13,984 nucleotides of DNA from Leptospirales bacterium (GTDB lineage: Bacteria; Spirochaetota; Leptospiria; Turneriellales; JAOUFE01): NCBI GenBank assembly GCA_040326155.1, contig JBEQLE010000093.1:1-13984 (forward strand), given 5' to 3'. Below, one piece after another: positions 1 to 7,459 of this stretch (position 1 is the first letter of the stretch; the number at the start of each line of letters is the position of its first letter). The translations under genes and the position numbers were made by a program. Below the pieces are notes generated by a model, which made no database searches, was not told where the DNA came from, and was given only the letters and a program-made list of their open reading frames with translations.

Positions 1-90
1 GTTGAGGTCTTCGCCTGCGTCCAGTTTCTGTTTTAATTCACCAGGTAAAATTTCGGCGACATTACTCTTAAAGGGGTTTCCAAATATCAT
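1..90 (-). CDS. Rhodanese-like sulfurtransferase, 5' part only (runs off left edge)
   Basis: Not in the ORF track. ATG at 90 with GGAG SD at 100-97; open to position 1: MIFGNPFKSNVAEILPGELKQKLDAGEDLN. This matches the typical single-domain rhodanese start (EIxPxELKxKLDAGED-xLIDVR). The catalytic Cys would lie outside the window. Confidence 0.62.
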   Translation of the reverse strand, partial: MIFGNPFKSNVAEILPGELKQKLDAGEDLN

Positions 91-118
91 TAGTTTCTCC
101 ACATGCTTTACATTTTAT

Positions 119-146
119 ACTTTAGTATATTATAATATACTAAAGT
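119..146. promoter_or_regulatory. Perfect 28-bp palindrome, candidate repressor operator
   Basis: ACTTTAGTATATTATAATATACTAAAGT is its own reverse complement and is centred on the -10 box above. Confidence 0.65.
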
Positions 147-157
147 TGTACCGTCAA
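129..157 (-). promoter_or_regulatory. sigma70-type promoter of the rhodanese-like gene
   Basis: TTGACG (157-152), 17-nt spacer, TATAAT (134-129), about 40 nt upstream of the ATG at 90. Confidence 0.8.
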
Positions 158-353
158 CTATTTTTTGCAAAAAGGGACTGTTCATAAAATTTCTACAGGA
201 CGATTTGCATACTATGTGGCTTCTATTTAAAGAAATGGCGCCGCCAGTTCTTGCAAAACCCCTGAAAAGTACTCCGTTAGGCGAACTAGAATAAGCGTTG
301 TTTTGGTAAAAATCTATTGACTGAATGTTTTAGCATATGAATCTACGTGAAAC

Positions 354-947
354 ATGAAAACAAAAATTGTTATTTTATTGATCTTATTATTTTCGACTAG
401 AGTTATCGCCGCTGAAAAGTTCGAAGAGGGAGACAAAAGATTTGCTCTGCTTTTCGCTATTATACAGCCTGGAACATTAAACCTGATCTGGGGTTACTTC
501 CCCATAAACGTTCAATTTGATATTGCAATAGATCAAAGGTCGCATCTAAATATAAATGTAGATGCCAATATCGATTTACAGTCACCGTCCTCAGTATATC
601 AAGACAATGAATTTTCTCTGGGACTGAGTTATCGATTTATGTTATGGGCGATCAGCAAATGGCCCGGCGTTACCAGCTTGAATGGATTTTATATTGCCCC
701 CACAGTAGCCTTCAATACTTACACCTCGTATGACACATGGGAAGACAAAACAACCACTGACCGGAACTTCTCTTTTGGAATGGAAATTGGTCAACAGTGG
801 ACCTTTCCAGAAGGATTCTTAATCGGGTGCCGATTGGGTATCGCCTACCCCTCCAGGGTATCCGACTACGAAGCAGGCTACCTGATTCCCGGACAACCGG
901 ACTTGTTTGGCATTACGGGAGGACTCGATATCGGATATGCCTTTTAA
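354..947 (+). CDS. Secreted outer-membrane beta-barrel-like protein (DUF3575-like), function unknown
   Basis: 197 aa. N-terminal signal peptide (MKTKIVILLILLFSTRVIA), amphipathic beta-strand pattern (FSLGLSYRF, GFYIAP, FGMEIGQQW), C-terminal beta-signal GLDIGYAF. Confidence 0.6.
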   Translation: MKTKIVILLILLFSTRVIAAEKFEEGDKRFALLFAIIQPGTLNLIWGYFPINVQFDIAIDQRSHLNINVDANIDLQSPSSVYQDNEFSLGLSYRFMLWAISKWPGVTSLNGFYIAPTVAFNTYTSYDTWEDKTTTDRNFSFGMEIGQQWTFPEGFLIGCRLGIAYPSRVSDYEAGYLIPGQPDLFGITGGLDIGYAF

Positions 948-989
948 AAACGTATCCGTTGTATGACCCTCACGGCCAAAACCTGCCCG

Positions 990-1038
990 AAAAACAGCTA
1001 CGTACGCACGAAAAGAAACCTCTCCATGCGTACGTAGC
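990..1038 (-). terminator. Intrinsic terminator-like hairpin, best formed on the - strand
   Basis: GCTACGTACGCA (997-1008) and TGCGTACGTAGC (1027-1038) are perfect inverted arms. On the - strand G-U pairs extend the stem to 19 bp with a 4-nt loop, followed by UGUUUUU. Confidence 0.55.
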
Positions 1039-1510
1039 CTTCCACTGTCTCAAATCTACATTGTTAACGCATTAGCTGGCATGTTTATGAAATGTATATT
1101 TGCGTTTTCTCTTTTTACATGTATGGCAACTAATGCTTGCCTTTTACATTTAAATACAGTCTTTGTCACTCGACGTATCTTTGCAATAAAATTTTATTCA
1201 CAAAACGAACATAAACAGTTTTTTGCTACAGTATACGAACGTTTTAGGGCAAATAATGCGCTTCTACGAATTTATGAACTTCAATTTAATAAAAAATTTT
1301 ATTTGAACTCAGATTCTACATCAAACTATGGAAGCAACGCGGCTATACAACTTATAGCATAGAAAGAAATAAAGACAAAAAGAGCCTTGCAATGACAAAA
1401 AAGAAAAAACATAACGCAAATACAATGATATTCTAATTTGCTAATAAAAAATTCTTGCCTTTCTGGAGTAGGAATTTATTAGTGTTCCATACTATTCAAC
1501 GGAGTTGTTT

Positions 1511-2707
1511 ATGCCTAAAGATGAAAAATTTCTAAATAAAACGCCAATACTGGACCAACTAGACGATGGTCCGTGGCCAAGCTTTATTAAAGCCTTTAAA
1601 GAATATGGGGAAAAAACTAAAAAACCTATTCTTCGCGGCGCTATTGATCAATTGGAATATTCATATAAAACCCGGCTCGGGTATTGGAAGGGAGGGACCG
1701 TCGGAGTAAAAGGTTACGGTGCTGGAGTCATCAGCCGCTTTTCAACGCTTCCCGACAAGTTTCCCGAAGCTCACGAGTTTCATACAGTACGCATACAGCC
1801 CACACCCGCTTTTCATTATAACACAAAAGAGCTGCGAGATTTATGCGACGCCTGGGAAGAGCATGGCTCTGGTATTATGACAATGCATGGCCAAACCGGT
1901 AACCTGCAATTTTTAGGCGCCACGGAAGATAATGTACAACTGTTCTTCGACAAGGTGAATAAACAAGGCTGGGACATGGGCGGAGCAGGTGCGGCAACTA
2001 GAACGGGCAACTCCTGTGTTGGACCGGCGCGATGCGAAATGGCCTGTTATGATACCCTTGAAACCATGTATCAGGTGATGCAAAATTATACCGACCAGAT
2101 ACACCGACCCGAGTATCCTTATAAAATGAAATTCAAATTCTCCGGGTGTCCGAACGACTGTAATAACAGTATTATGCGTTCAGACCTGGCCACCATTGGT
2201 ATCTGGAAAGATGCAATTCAAGTCGACCAGGCCGAAGTTAAAAAGTACATCGACAAACAGGGTAAAGACTATCTTGTAAACAACGTAGCTCTAAAATGCC
2301 CCACCAAAGCCATTGAATTTGATGGTGACGAAATTAAAATTGAAAATGACGATTGTGTAAAGTGTATGCACTGTCTGAATGTAATGACGAAAGCGCTCTC
2401 GATTGGTAAAGAGAGAGGGGCTGCTTTAATGATCGGCGGTAAAGGTCACTTAAAAGTTGGTTCCATGTTGGGTTCTCTGGTCGTCCCTTTTATTAAGCTC
2501 GACACTGATGAAGACAAACAAAAATATATTGCCTTTCTCGATAACATTATTGAGTGGTGGGCCGATAACGCGCTGGAGCATGAAAGAATCGGCGAAACTA
2601 TTGAGCGAATTGGAATGCAGGGTTTCTTACAAGCGGTCGGAATTGAACCCCATATTGATATGGTCGAAAGCCCCCGAGACAATCCGTTTTTTATGGCGGA
2701 GTACTGA
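1511..2707 (+). CDS. dsrA: Dissimilatory sulfite reductase alpha subunit, oxidative (reverse) type
   Basis: GGAG SD at 1501-1504 favours ATG 1511 (398 aa). Motifs: TPILDQLDDGPWPSF, YWKGGTV, FHTVRIQP, HGQTG, siroheme-[4Fe-4S] CX5C (CVGPARC) and CX3C (KFKFSGCPNDC), ferredoxin CPT...CVKCMHC, ENA-type LEHERIGE. Confidence 0.97.
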   Translation: MPKDEKFLNKTPILDQLDDGPWPSFIKAFKEYGEKTKKPILRGAIDQLEYSYKTRLGYWKGGTVGVKGYGAGVISRFSTLPDKFPEAHEFHTVRIQPTPAFHYNTKELRDLCDAWEEHGSGIMTMHGQTGNLQFLGATEDNVQLFFDKVNKQGWDMGGAGAATRTGNSCVGPARCEMACYDTLETMYQVMQNYTDQIHRPEYPYKMKFKFSGCPNDCNNSIMRSDLATIGIWKDAIQVDQAEVKKYIDKQGKDYLVNNVALKCPTKAIEFDGDEIKIENDDCVKCMHCLNVMTKALSIGKERGAALMIGGKGHLKVGSMLGSLVVPFIKLDTDEDKQKYIAFLDNIIEWWADNALEHERIGETIERIGMQGFLQAVGIEPHIDMVESPRDNPFFMAEY

Positions 2708-2726
2708 GACTGAGACTGAGACTGAA
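2703..2726 (+). repeat. Hexanucleotide tandem repeat (ACTGAG)x3 + ACTGAA overlapping the dsrA stop
   Basis: Read directly: actgag actgag actgag actgaa. It places TGA in frame at 2705, 2711, 2717 and 2723. Confidence 0.9.
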
Positions 2727-2746
2727 ATCTTTAACGAGGAAAAAAA

Positions 2747-3823
2747 ATGAACACAGAACGAACATACAAGACCGTCGAGCATGGCATTAGACATTACAAA
2801 GACTCTTTGCACCCCACGGTAAAAAAGAACTACGGAAAATGGAAATACCATGACCGCCCCCGTCCGGGCGTACTTCGACATGTGGGTGAAAGCGGTGATG
2901 AACTTTTTACTGTTCGAGCGGGAACCCAGCGACAGGTAACTGTAGATACTGTCCGTTTTTTATGTGACATGGCCGATAAATACACAGACGGGTACCTTCG
3001 ATTTACCGTTCGAAACAACGTTGAATTTATGACCCCGAACGAAGCGAATATCGAACCTCTTATTAAAGCGTTGCAAGATGGCGGACACCCTGTCGGCGGA
3101 ACCGGTAATTCAATTTCTGCTGTTTCCCACACTCAGGGCTGGTTGCATTGTGATATTCCCGCAACCGACGCTTCTGGAGTCAATAAAAGTGTTATGGATA
3201 ATCTCTATGACGATTTTATTAAAGAAGAGATGCCGAACCGGGTTCGACTCTCCACCTCTTGTTGTGAAATCAATTGCGGTGGCCAGGCCGATGTAGCCAT
3301 TATAGTCCAACACACTCGTCCCCCTCGAATTAACCACGATCTACTTAGTAACATTTGCGAAATGCCCAAAGCGGTAGCGCGTTGCCCCGTGGCAGCCATT
3401 CGACCTACCCAGGTAAATGGGAAACCATCGCTTATGGTAGTCGAAGAAAAATGCATGGCCTGTGGGGCCTGTTTTGGCGCCTGCCCGGCAATGGAAATTA
3501 ACCATCCTGAACACTCGAAGCTGGCAATTTGGATAGGTGGAAAGCATTCCAACGCGAGGACGAAACCGACACGCATGAAACTTGTTGCGCACGGTTTACC
3601 GAATAATGCCCCTCGTTGGCCCGAAGTAAACGAAATTGTAAAGAATATATTAATGACGTACAAAGAAGACGCCCGAGACTGGGAAAGAGTCGGAGAATGG
3701 GTTGACCGAATAGGCTGGAAAAAGTTTTTTAGTAAAACCGGGCTTCCTTTTGATAAGTGGATGATCGACAATTATCGCCATGCGCGAGTATCGTTCAACC
3801 AGTCAACGCATGTCCGTTTTTAA
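2747..3823 (+). CDS. dsrB: Dissimilatory sulfite reductase beta subunit, oxidative (reverse) type
   Basis: 358 aa, GAGG SD at 2736-2739. Motifs: NYGKWKYHDRPRPGVL, HTQGWLHCDIPATDASG, SCCEINCGG, ARCPVAAIRP, CMACGACFGACP, PNNAPRWPE, C-terminal STHVRF. These match rDsrB of sulfur oxidisers. Confidence 0.97.
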   Translation: MNTERTYKTVEHGIRHYKDSLHPTVKKNYGKWKYHDRPRPGVLRHVGESGDELFTVRAGTQRQVTVDTVRFLCDMADKYTDGYLRFTVRNNVEFMTPNEANIEPLIKALQDGGHPVGGTGNSISAVSHTQGWLHCDIPATDASGVNKSVMDNLYDDFIKEEMPNRVRLSTSCCEINCGGQADVAIIVQHTRPPRINHDLLSNICEMPKAVARCPVAAIRPTQVNGKPSLMVVEEKCMACGACFGACPAMEINHPEHSKLAIWIGGKHSNARTKPTRMKLVAHGLPNNAPRWPEVNEIVKNILMTYKEDARDWERVGEWVDRIGWKKFFSKTGLPFDKWMIDNYRHARVSFNQSTHVRF

Positions 3824-3836
3824 TCAGAGGTAAATC

Positions 3837-5621
3837 GTGTCGTCAAATAAATACCTGGAACCAAAAGATCTTGAAAATAACCCTGACCTGAAATTTGCAA
3901 TGGAGTATGAATACCCACCGTATTCAACCGAAACAGGGGTGAGTAAAATTTTAACGGGAGAGAACTCTCATAAGTGTCCTGTTTACGTTAAACGGGTTCC
4001 CCCGTGTACCAACTCCTGCCCGGCCGGTGAAGATATTCGCGGCTACCAGAATATATTGCGTGGTGTTGAAGTCGTTGAAGGTATAGACGACAAATGGGAA
4101 GCCGCCTGGAGACGTCTTGTAGATAGCAACCCTTTTCCAGCTGTTATGGGGCGAATTTGCCCTGCTCCCTGCGAAGGTGGTTGCAATCGCGGCGAGGTCG
4201 ATGAAACAGTTGGTATAAACTCGATTGAACACGCTCTTGGCGAGTATGCACTTGAAAAAGGTTTTGGTCTGGTACAACCCGGTCAAACTCTTCCTGCAGA
4301 GACCGGAAAAAAAGTGGCCGTGATCGGGGCTGGCCCGGCGGGACTTTCTACTGCCTATCAGTTGCGTAAAAAAGGCCACGCTGTAACTATATATGAATCT
4401 CAACAAAAAACCGGTGGAATGATGCGATATGGCATTATGGGTTACCGTGTTGACCGTAAAATACTCGATGCTGAAATTCAAAGAATTCTAGATCTGGGTG
4501 TAGAGCTGAAAACCGGGGTAAGTATTGGCACAGATGTGTCATTAAATGATCTCGAAAAACAGTACGACGCGGTATTTCTCGGGCCAGGGGCCCAACAAGG
4601 TAGAAACCTGCCCGTTACCGGTTTTGAAAACTCACCTTATGTAAGTAACGCAATTAAATTTCTAATGGATTATGAACAAAGCCCTGAAAAAATGACGATT
4701 GGTAAGAACATTGTTGTTTTGGGAGACGGTGACGTCGCCATGGATGTTGCTCGGCTTGCGCTTCGCCTTGGTTCCAAAGCCACCATTTTGTCAGCCGTAG
4801 ACCGTGAAGATATGAACTGCAGCAAATACGAATTTGACGAAGCTGTAACCGAAGGAACCGAATTTACGTACAATACCTCCGTTACGGAAGTTCTTAAGGA
4901 TGGAGAAAAAGTACGAGCCTTGAAATGTGTTAAAATGGTAAAAAAAGAGAAGGGCGAAGATGGCTGGAACCATGCCATTCCGTTTCTTCGTTACAAACCT
5001 CTGGAAGGAAGCGAATTTGAATTAGAAACCGATATGGTTGTCGCTTCGATCGGACAAACTACAAATATGAAAGGTTTTGAAGAGGTAGCAAACAAGAAAG
5101 GTATGTTACCAGTCGACGTTCACCATCAGGTAAAAGATCGTGAGAATATTTTTGCCGGTGGCGACGCTGTAAAAATTGATCTTATTACTACTGCCGTTGG
5201 TCATGGAAAAAAAGCGGCTGAATCGATCGATGTCTATTTGAGTGGAAAACCCTACCCGGCAAAAACTCGTTATGAAATTGCCGACTTTAAAAAAATGCAT
5301 CCTTACTTTTTTGAAGCAGCCGACAAGTCAAAAAGAGGTCATCGTAAAATCGAGAATGTAGTTGGAAATTTCGAAGAGATACTCGAACCGTTGAATGCTC
5401 AATGGACGGAATGGGAAGCCAACCGATGTATGAGCTGCGGCCTTTGTTTTACCTGTAAACAATGCCTTCTGTATTGCCCCAAAGAAGCAATAAGTTTCGA
5501 TAGAAAAAAACCTATTGGTGAAACGATGTTTACCGACTACAACAAATGTGTTGGGTGCCATGTTTGTCACGACATTTGTCCCTCTGGATATATTGATATG
5601 GCTATGGGTGAAGACCTCTAA
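3837..5621 (+). CDS. dsrL: DsrL, iron-sulfur flavoprotein NAD(P)H:acceptor oxidoreductase (DsrL-1-like, no YRR motif)
   Basis: 594 aa, GTG start with AGAGGT SD. Motifs: SHKCPVY..PPCTNSCPAGEDIR, NPFPAVMGRICPAPCEGGCNR, FAD GAGPAG, second Rossmann GDGDVAMD, C-terminal RCMSCGLCFTCKQC..CP and CVGCHVCHDICP. Lies directly behind dsrB. Confidence 0.93.
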   Translation: MSSNKYLEPKDLENNPDLKFAMEYEYPPYSTETGVSKILTGENSHKCPVYVKRVPPCTNSCPAGEDIRGYQNILRGVEVVEGIDDKWEAAWRRLVDSNPFPAVMGRICPAPCEGGCNRGEVDETVGINSIEHALGEYALEKGFGLVQPGQTLPAETGKKVAVIGAGPAGLSTAYQLRKKGHAVTIYESQQKTGGMMRYGIMGYRVDRKILDAEIQRILDLGVELKTGVSIGTDVSLNDLEKQYDAVFLGPGAQQGRNLPVTGFENSPYVSNAIKFLMDYEQSPEKMTIGKNIVVLGDGDVAMDVARLALRLGSKATILSAVDREDMNCSKYEFDEAVTEGTEFTYNTSVTEVLKDGEKVRALKCVKMVKKEKGEDGWNHAIPFLRYKPLEGSEFELETDMVVASIGQTTNMKGFEEVANKKGMLPVDVHHQVKDRENIFAGGDAVKIDLITTAVGHGKKAAESIDVYLSGKPYPAKTRYEIADFKKMHPYFFEAADKSKRGHRKIENVVGNFEEILEPLNAQWTEWEANRCMSCGLCFTCKQCLLYCPKEAISFDRKKPIGETMFTDYNKCVGCHVCHDICPSGYIDMAMGEDL

Positions 5622-5658
5622 AGTAAAATTTTTCTGACACAATTATAATAAAAACAGC

Positions 5659-5708
5659 AAATAGTCCAGTTTAAAGTAAATCTTTTCTTTACAAAACTGC
5701 GACTATTT
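5659..5708. terminator. Long imperfect hairpin after dsrL (terminator or mRNA-stabilising stem)
   Basis: Paired segments AAATAGTC/GACTATTT, CAGTTT/AAACTG and GTAAA/TTTAC with a 7-nt loop. No strong U-tract on the + strand. Confidence 0.45.
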
Positions 5709-5736
5709 AGTTATCGTAGTATATACTATTAAATAG

Positions 5737-7458
5737 ATGATAACTATGCAAGACCAAGAATATGATCAACTGTTTCATTTTAAACGATGTGAATTCTCGA
5801 ATGAAGAACTTGATGATATTGCAATTCAAGCGAAAACAATAACTCAGATATTGAAAAAACCGGGACTTGAAATTCCCCTTCAAAATCTGATGAATGAACT
5901 GTTTCGTTACTCTTTTCGACAACATTTTCTAAACATACAAGCTGACTTTATCGATAAAAAGCTTGAAAATCACCCCGACCAGGAAACGCACGGCTTAGTT
6001 TCAGGAGATACTTTTACAAATATCTGCGAAGAAAAAGAGCTGCCAGTTGAACTAACTATATTAAAAAATGGAACTGAAATCATCATCGACCTCTCCCATT
6101 ATGGCAAAATGCCTGAAGAAGAGATGTTGAATATACGAAACGTTTTTAGTTCCATTGAAAAGTCACTGAATGAGTCGAAGCAACACCAGATCTACAGTCG
6201 TGAACAATTAACTGAAAAATTTTCATCTGGAATTCATCTGGCTTTATTGAGTCTTCTGGGTATTGGTATCGCTAAAGAAAATTTTCAAGTAGCGACTACC
6301 AGCCATTCTACTCAATTTCGAATTATCCTGCCATTTGACATGTTTGAGAAAAAACCTGTAGAAGAAACAGCTTCCGAGCGCACTGACAAAAACGAAGGGC
6401 TGCTAAAAAAACTCTTTACCAGCCTGCAATATACACTAATCGAATTTGACCTTGCTGGAAACATTAAACACGTCGACGGGGATATTTTTAAACTTCTCGA
6501 TTTAAAACATAACGATACCGATCAATTGCTAAAATTACTTCCTTCCCGGTTTTTTGAAGATATTATCTGGGGGCCGTTCAGTATTAAAAGTTTAGAAAGC
6601 TTCGAAAATTACCGAGTTACAATTAGTGGGAACAAAGATACACTGACCTGTCTTTTTAATATCAGTGGAGTTAAGTATCAAAATGCGAGTGTCGTTACAC
6701 TATGGCAAGCTGTCAATGTTTCACATTCCATTGGTAATTTCAGTGATGGCGCTATTTTCGAAAATATCAATATAATGAAAATCGTCAGGCCCTATATTCC
6801 TCATATGATTTTAGATAAAGCCAGAGACTGTATTCGTAAGGGTCTTAAAGAATTACCCAACGAAAGAAAAGAAGTCACGGTCCTGTTTGCCGATCTGATC
6901 GGGTTTACACAAAAAAGTGAATCTCTGCCGCATAACGAAGTAATAGGCTTATTGAATTTAACCATGAGTACCATCGTGCAGTCGATTGAACGTTATTCCG
7001 GTTATGTCGATAAATTTATTGGCGATGGAATTATGTGTGTTTTTATGGAACCCTTATCAGCAGTCATATCGGCTATAGAAATTCAGAACAACTTACTGAA
7101 CCTGAATGAATTTCGTAAAATTGGGGGCCAGGACCCGCTTGAACTTAGAATAGGTATAAACACCGGTAAAGTTATTTTGGGTAGTATTGGCATTAAAAGC
7201 AGAATGGACTGGACCGCTTTAGGCGATGTGGTAAATACTGCGTCACGTATTGAGAAAGTATCTAAAAAATACGCTGTGTTAATAGGCGATTCAACATTCA
7301 AAAGTGTCGAACACGCGATTGAAATTACTAAAATGTTAAATACACAGTTCAAGGGTAAAAAAGATAATTATGCCATCTATTACGTAAAGTCAGCCATATA
7401 TGAACATGAAGGCAAAGAACATAAAATTGAACTAAACGAAGAATCTACGGAATTTTAA
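5737..7458 (+). CDS. Soluble class III (IIIb-like) adenylate cyclase with N-terminal GHKL-like and PAS-like regions
   Basis: 573 aa (alternative ATG at 5746). Catalytic motifs: VLFADLIGFT, DKFIGDG (ATP-specifying Lys), RIGINTG, DWTALGDVVNTASRIE. No clear transmembrane helix. The N-terminal domain assignments are by eye. Confidence 0.88.
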   Translation: MITMQDQEYDQLFHFKRCEFSNEELDDIAIQAKTITQILKKPGLEIPLQNLMNELFRYSFRQHFLNIQADFIDKKLENHPDQETHGLVSGDTFTNICEEKELPVELTILKNGTEIIIDLSHYGKMPEEEMLNIRNVFSSIEKSLNESKQHQIYSREQLTEKFSSGIHLALLSLLGIGIAKENFQVATTSHSTQFRIILPFDMFEKKPVEETASERTDKNEGLLKKLFTSLQYTLIEFDLAGNIKHVDGDIFKLLDLKHNDTDQLLKLLPSRFFEDIIWGPFSIKSLESFENYRVTISGNKDTLTCLFNISGVKYQNASVVTLWQAVNVSHSIGNFSDGAIFENINIMKIVRPYIPHMILDKARDCIRKGLKELPNERKEVTVLFADLIGFTQKSESLPHNEVIGLLNLTMSTIVQSIERYSGYVDKFIGDGIMCVFMEPLSAVISAIEIQNNLLNLNEFRKIGGQDPLELRIGINTGKVILGSIGIKSRMDWTALGDVVNTASRIEKVSKKYAVLIGDSTFKSVEHAIEITKMLNTQFKGKKDNYAIYYVKSAIYEHEGKEHKIELNEESTEF

Positions 7459-7459
7459 A

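Noticed and set aside
2..187. 61-aa + strand ORF
   Set aside because: Antisense shadow of the rhodanese-like gene and its promoter; no recognisable protein features.
797..1362. ORFs 797-1075 and 1081-1362 (+), and a 28-codon hydrophobic - strand ORF starting at 1412
   Set aside because: No SD or motifs; composition is typical of AT-rich intergenic DNA; the first overlaps a real gene and a hairpin.
2703..2726. Selenocysteine read-through at the dsrA TGA, or a CRISPR-like repeat
   Set aside because: Four successive TGA codons followed by an in-frame TAA, with no SECIS-like hairpin; 6-bp units with no spacers.
1511..3823. Reductive-type DsrAB (sulfate reducer)
   Set aside because: Sequence signatures are oxidative-type, there is no dsrD after dsrB, dsrEFH is present and DsrL lacks YRR.
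3837..5621. Glutamate synthase small subunit (gltD) or NfnB
   Set aside because: SHKCP N-terminus, C-terminal ferredoxin domain and position after dsrB identify DsrL.
1816..5925. Numerous short antisense or alternative-frame ORFs over dsrABL and the cyclase start
   Set aside because: Shadows of well-supported genes. Only the last ~20 codons of 2457-2750 are of interest (see finding).
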